From positions 6,411-70,410 of the forward strand of contig CAYXWP010000001.1 of the NCBI GenBank assembly GCA_964468845.1: DNA of 64,000 bases, in the 5' to 3' direction. This DNA comes from an uncultured Candidatus Saccharibacteria bacterium. Its GTDB lineage: Bacteria > Patescibacteriota > Minisyncoccia > Phycocordibacterales > PALSA-1337. A program made the position numbers and the translations under genes. This document shows, one piece after another, positions 63,771-64,000 of this stretch (positions are counted from its first letter, which is position 1; every line of letters starts with the position of its first letter). The notes below the pieces were generated by a model. That model was not told where the DNA came from, made no database searches, and saw only the letters and a list, made by a program, of their open reading frames with translations.

Positions 63771-64000
63771 TTAAAATTCCTTTTCATCTCCCTCATTCAT
63801 AATAATAAATTCAATACCATTCTCAGACAGAACCTTCTCAGGTACTTTATGTGAAGCTCCAATACGATCTTTCTGAAGCATTCCATCATGAACAGGAAAA
63901 ACTTTCTTAGGCTTTACTGTTAATGCATACCGAATAGCATCAGAAACCCTACACCAAGGGCCAGCGACAGGTAGCGCAAGAATATCAATTTCTTTTTTAG
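63771..64000 (-). CDS. MBL-fold metallo-hydrolase, C-terminal part (5' end beyond the window)
   Basis: The minus-strand read ...KEIDILALPVAGPWCRVSDAIRYALTVKPKKVFPVHDGMLQ...EGDEKEF ends at the stop at 63771-63773. Confidence 0.45.
   Translation of the reverse strand, partial: KKEIDILALPVAGPWCRVSDAIRYALTVKPKKVFPVHDGMLQKDRIGASHKVPEKVLSENGIEFIIMNEGDEKEF

Noticed and set aside
1-64000. CRISPR arrays, rRNA genes, transposases or IS elements
   Set aside because: I found no short direct-repeat-and-spacer periodicity anywhere and no rRNA-like conserved stretches. There are no transposase or integrase motifs (DDE, tyrosine or serine recombinase) in any ORF. The only mobile-type gene is the ORF6N protein.

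Overview
This 64 kb window looks like a low-GC, gene-dense bacterial chromosome segment, almost all coding on the minus strand. Compact housekeeping genes (a ProRS of only 415 aa without the editing insertion, a 354-aa DnaX, many unassignable small ORFs) suggest a reduced-genome, CPR/Patescibacteria-like organism; that is inference only. Recognisable content includes the end of a type IV pilus/T2SS operon (GspE/PilB ATPase plus a GspF/PilC fragment), typA, a DNA alkylation repair gene, tRNA-Gln and tRNA-Glu, HIT-dnaX-dus, dacA-like, ftsQ-like, serS, a truncated dcw cluster (mraZ-rsmH-ftsL-ftsI-murF) with upstream GTGGG MraZ-box-like repeats, an ORF6N (phage-type DNA-binding) gene, lysS, greA, a CAP-domain protein and a PG-binding protein. 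A roughly 9.5 kb extremely AT-rich surface-glycosylation island follows: two GT-C/ArnT-PMT-like membrane proteins, a LamG protein, three GT2, one GT4, a Wzx-like flippase and a GtrB/ArnC-like polyprenyl-phosphate glycosyltransferase. Next come mrdA-mreD-mreC-mreB, proS, and an ECF sigma / anti-sigma / PAS histidine kinase / receiver operon. Then DUF192 plus a FemAB-family gene, a cluster of Nudix / NADAR / deoxyribosyltransferase-like / hydrolase genes, and three strongly GC-rich (about 50-55% against a 33-38% backbone) purine-biosynthesis genes: two divergent purD copies and a purC-purE fusion. The window ends with a tRNA-binding CsaA-like protein, a peptidase S51, methyltransferases, hydrolases and a partial MBL-fold gene. 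No CRISPR array, rRNA or transposase was seen. Worth a second look: the foreign GC-rich pur genes; the AT-rich GT-C/ArnC-type glycosylation island; a 26-bp palindrome shared by the promoters of the pilus ATPase and the ORF6N gene; a CCA-terminated duplicate of the tRNA-Glu 3' end; and a GC-rich non-coding block with two terminators upstream of typA.
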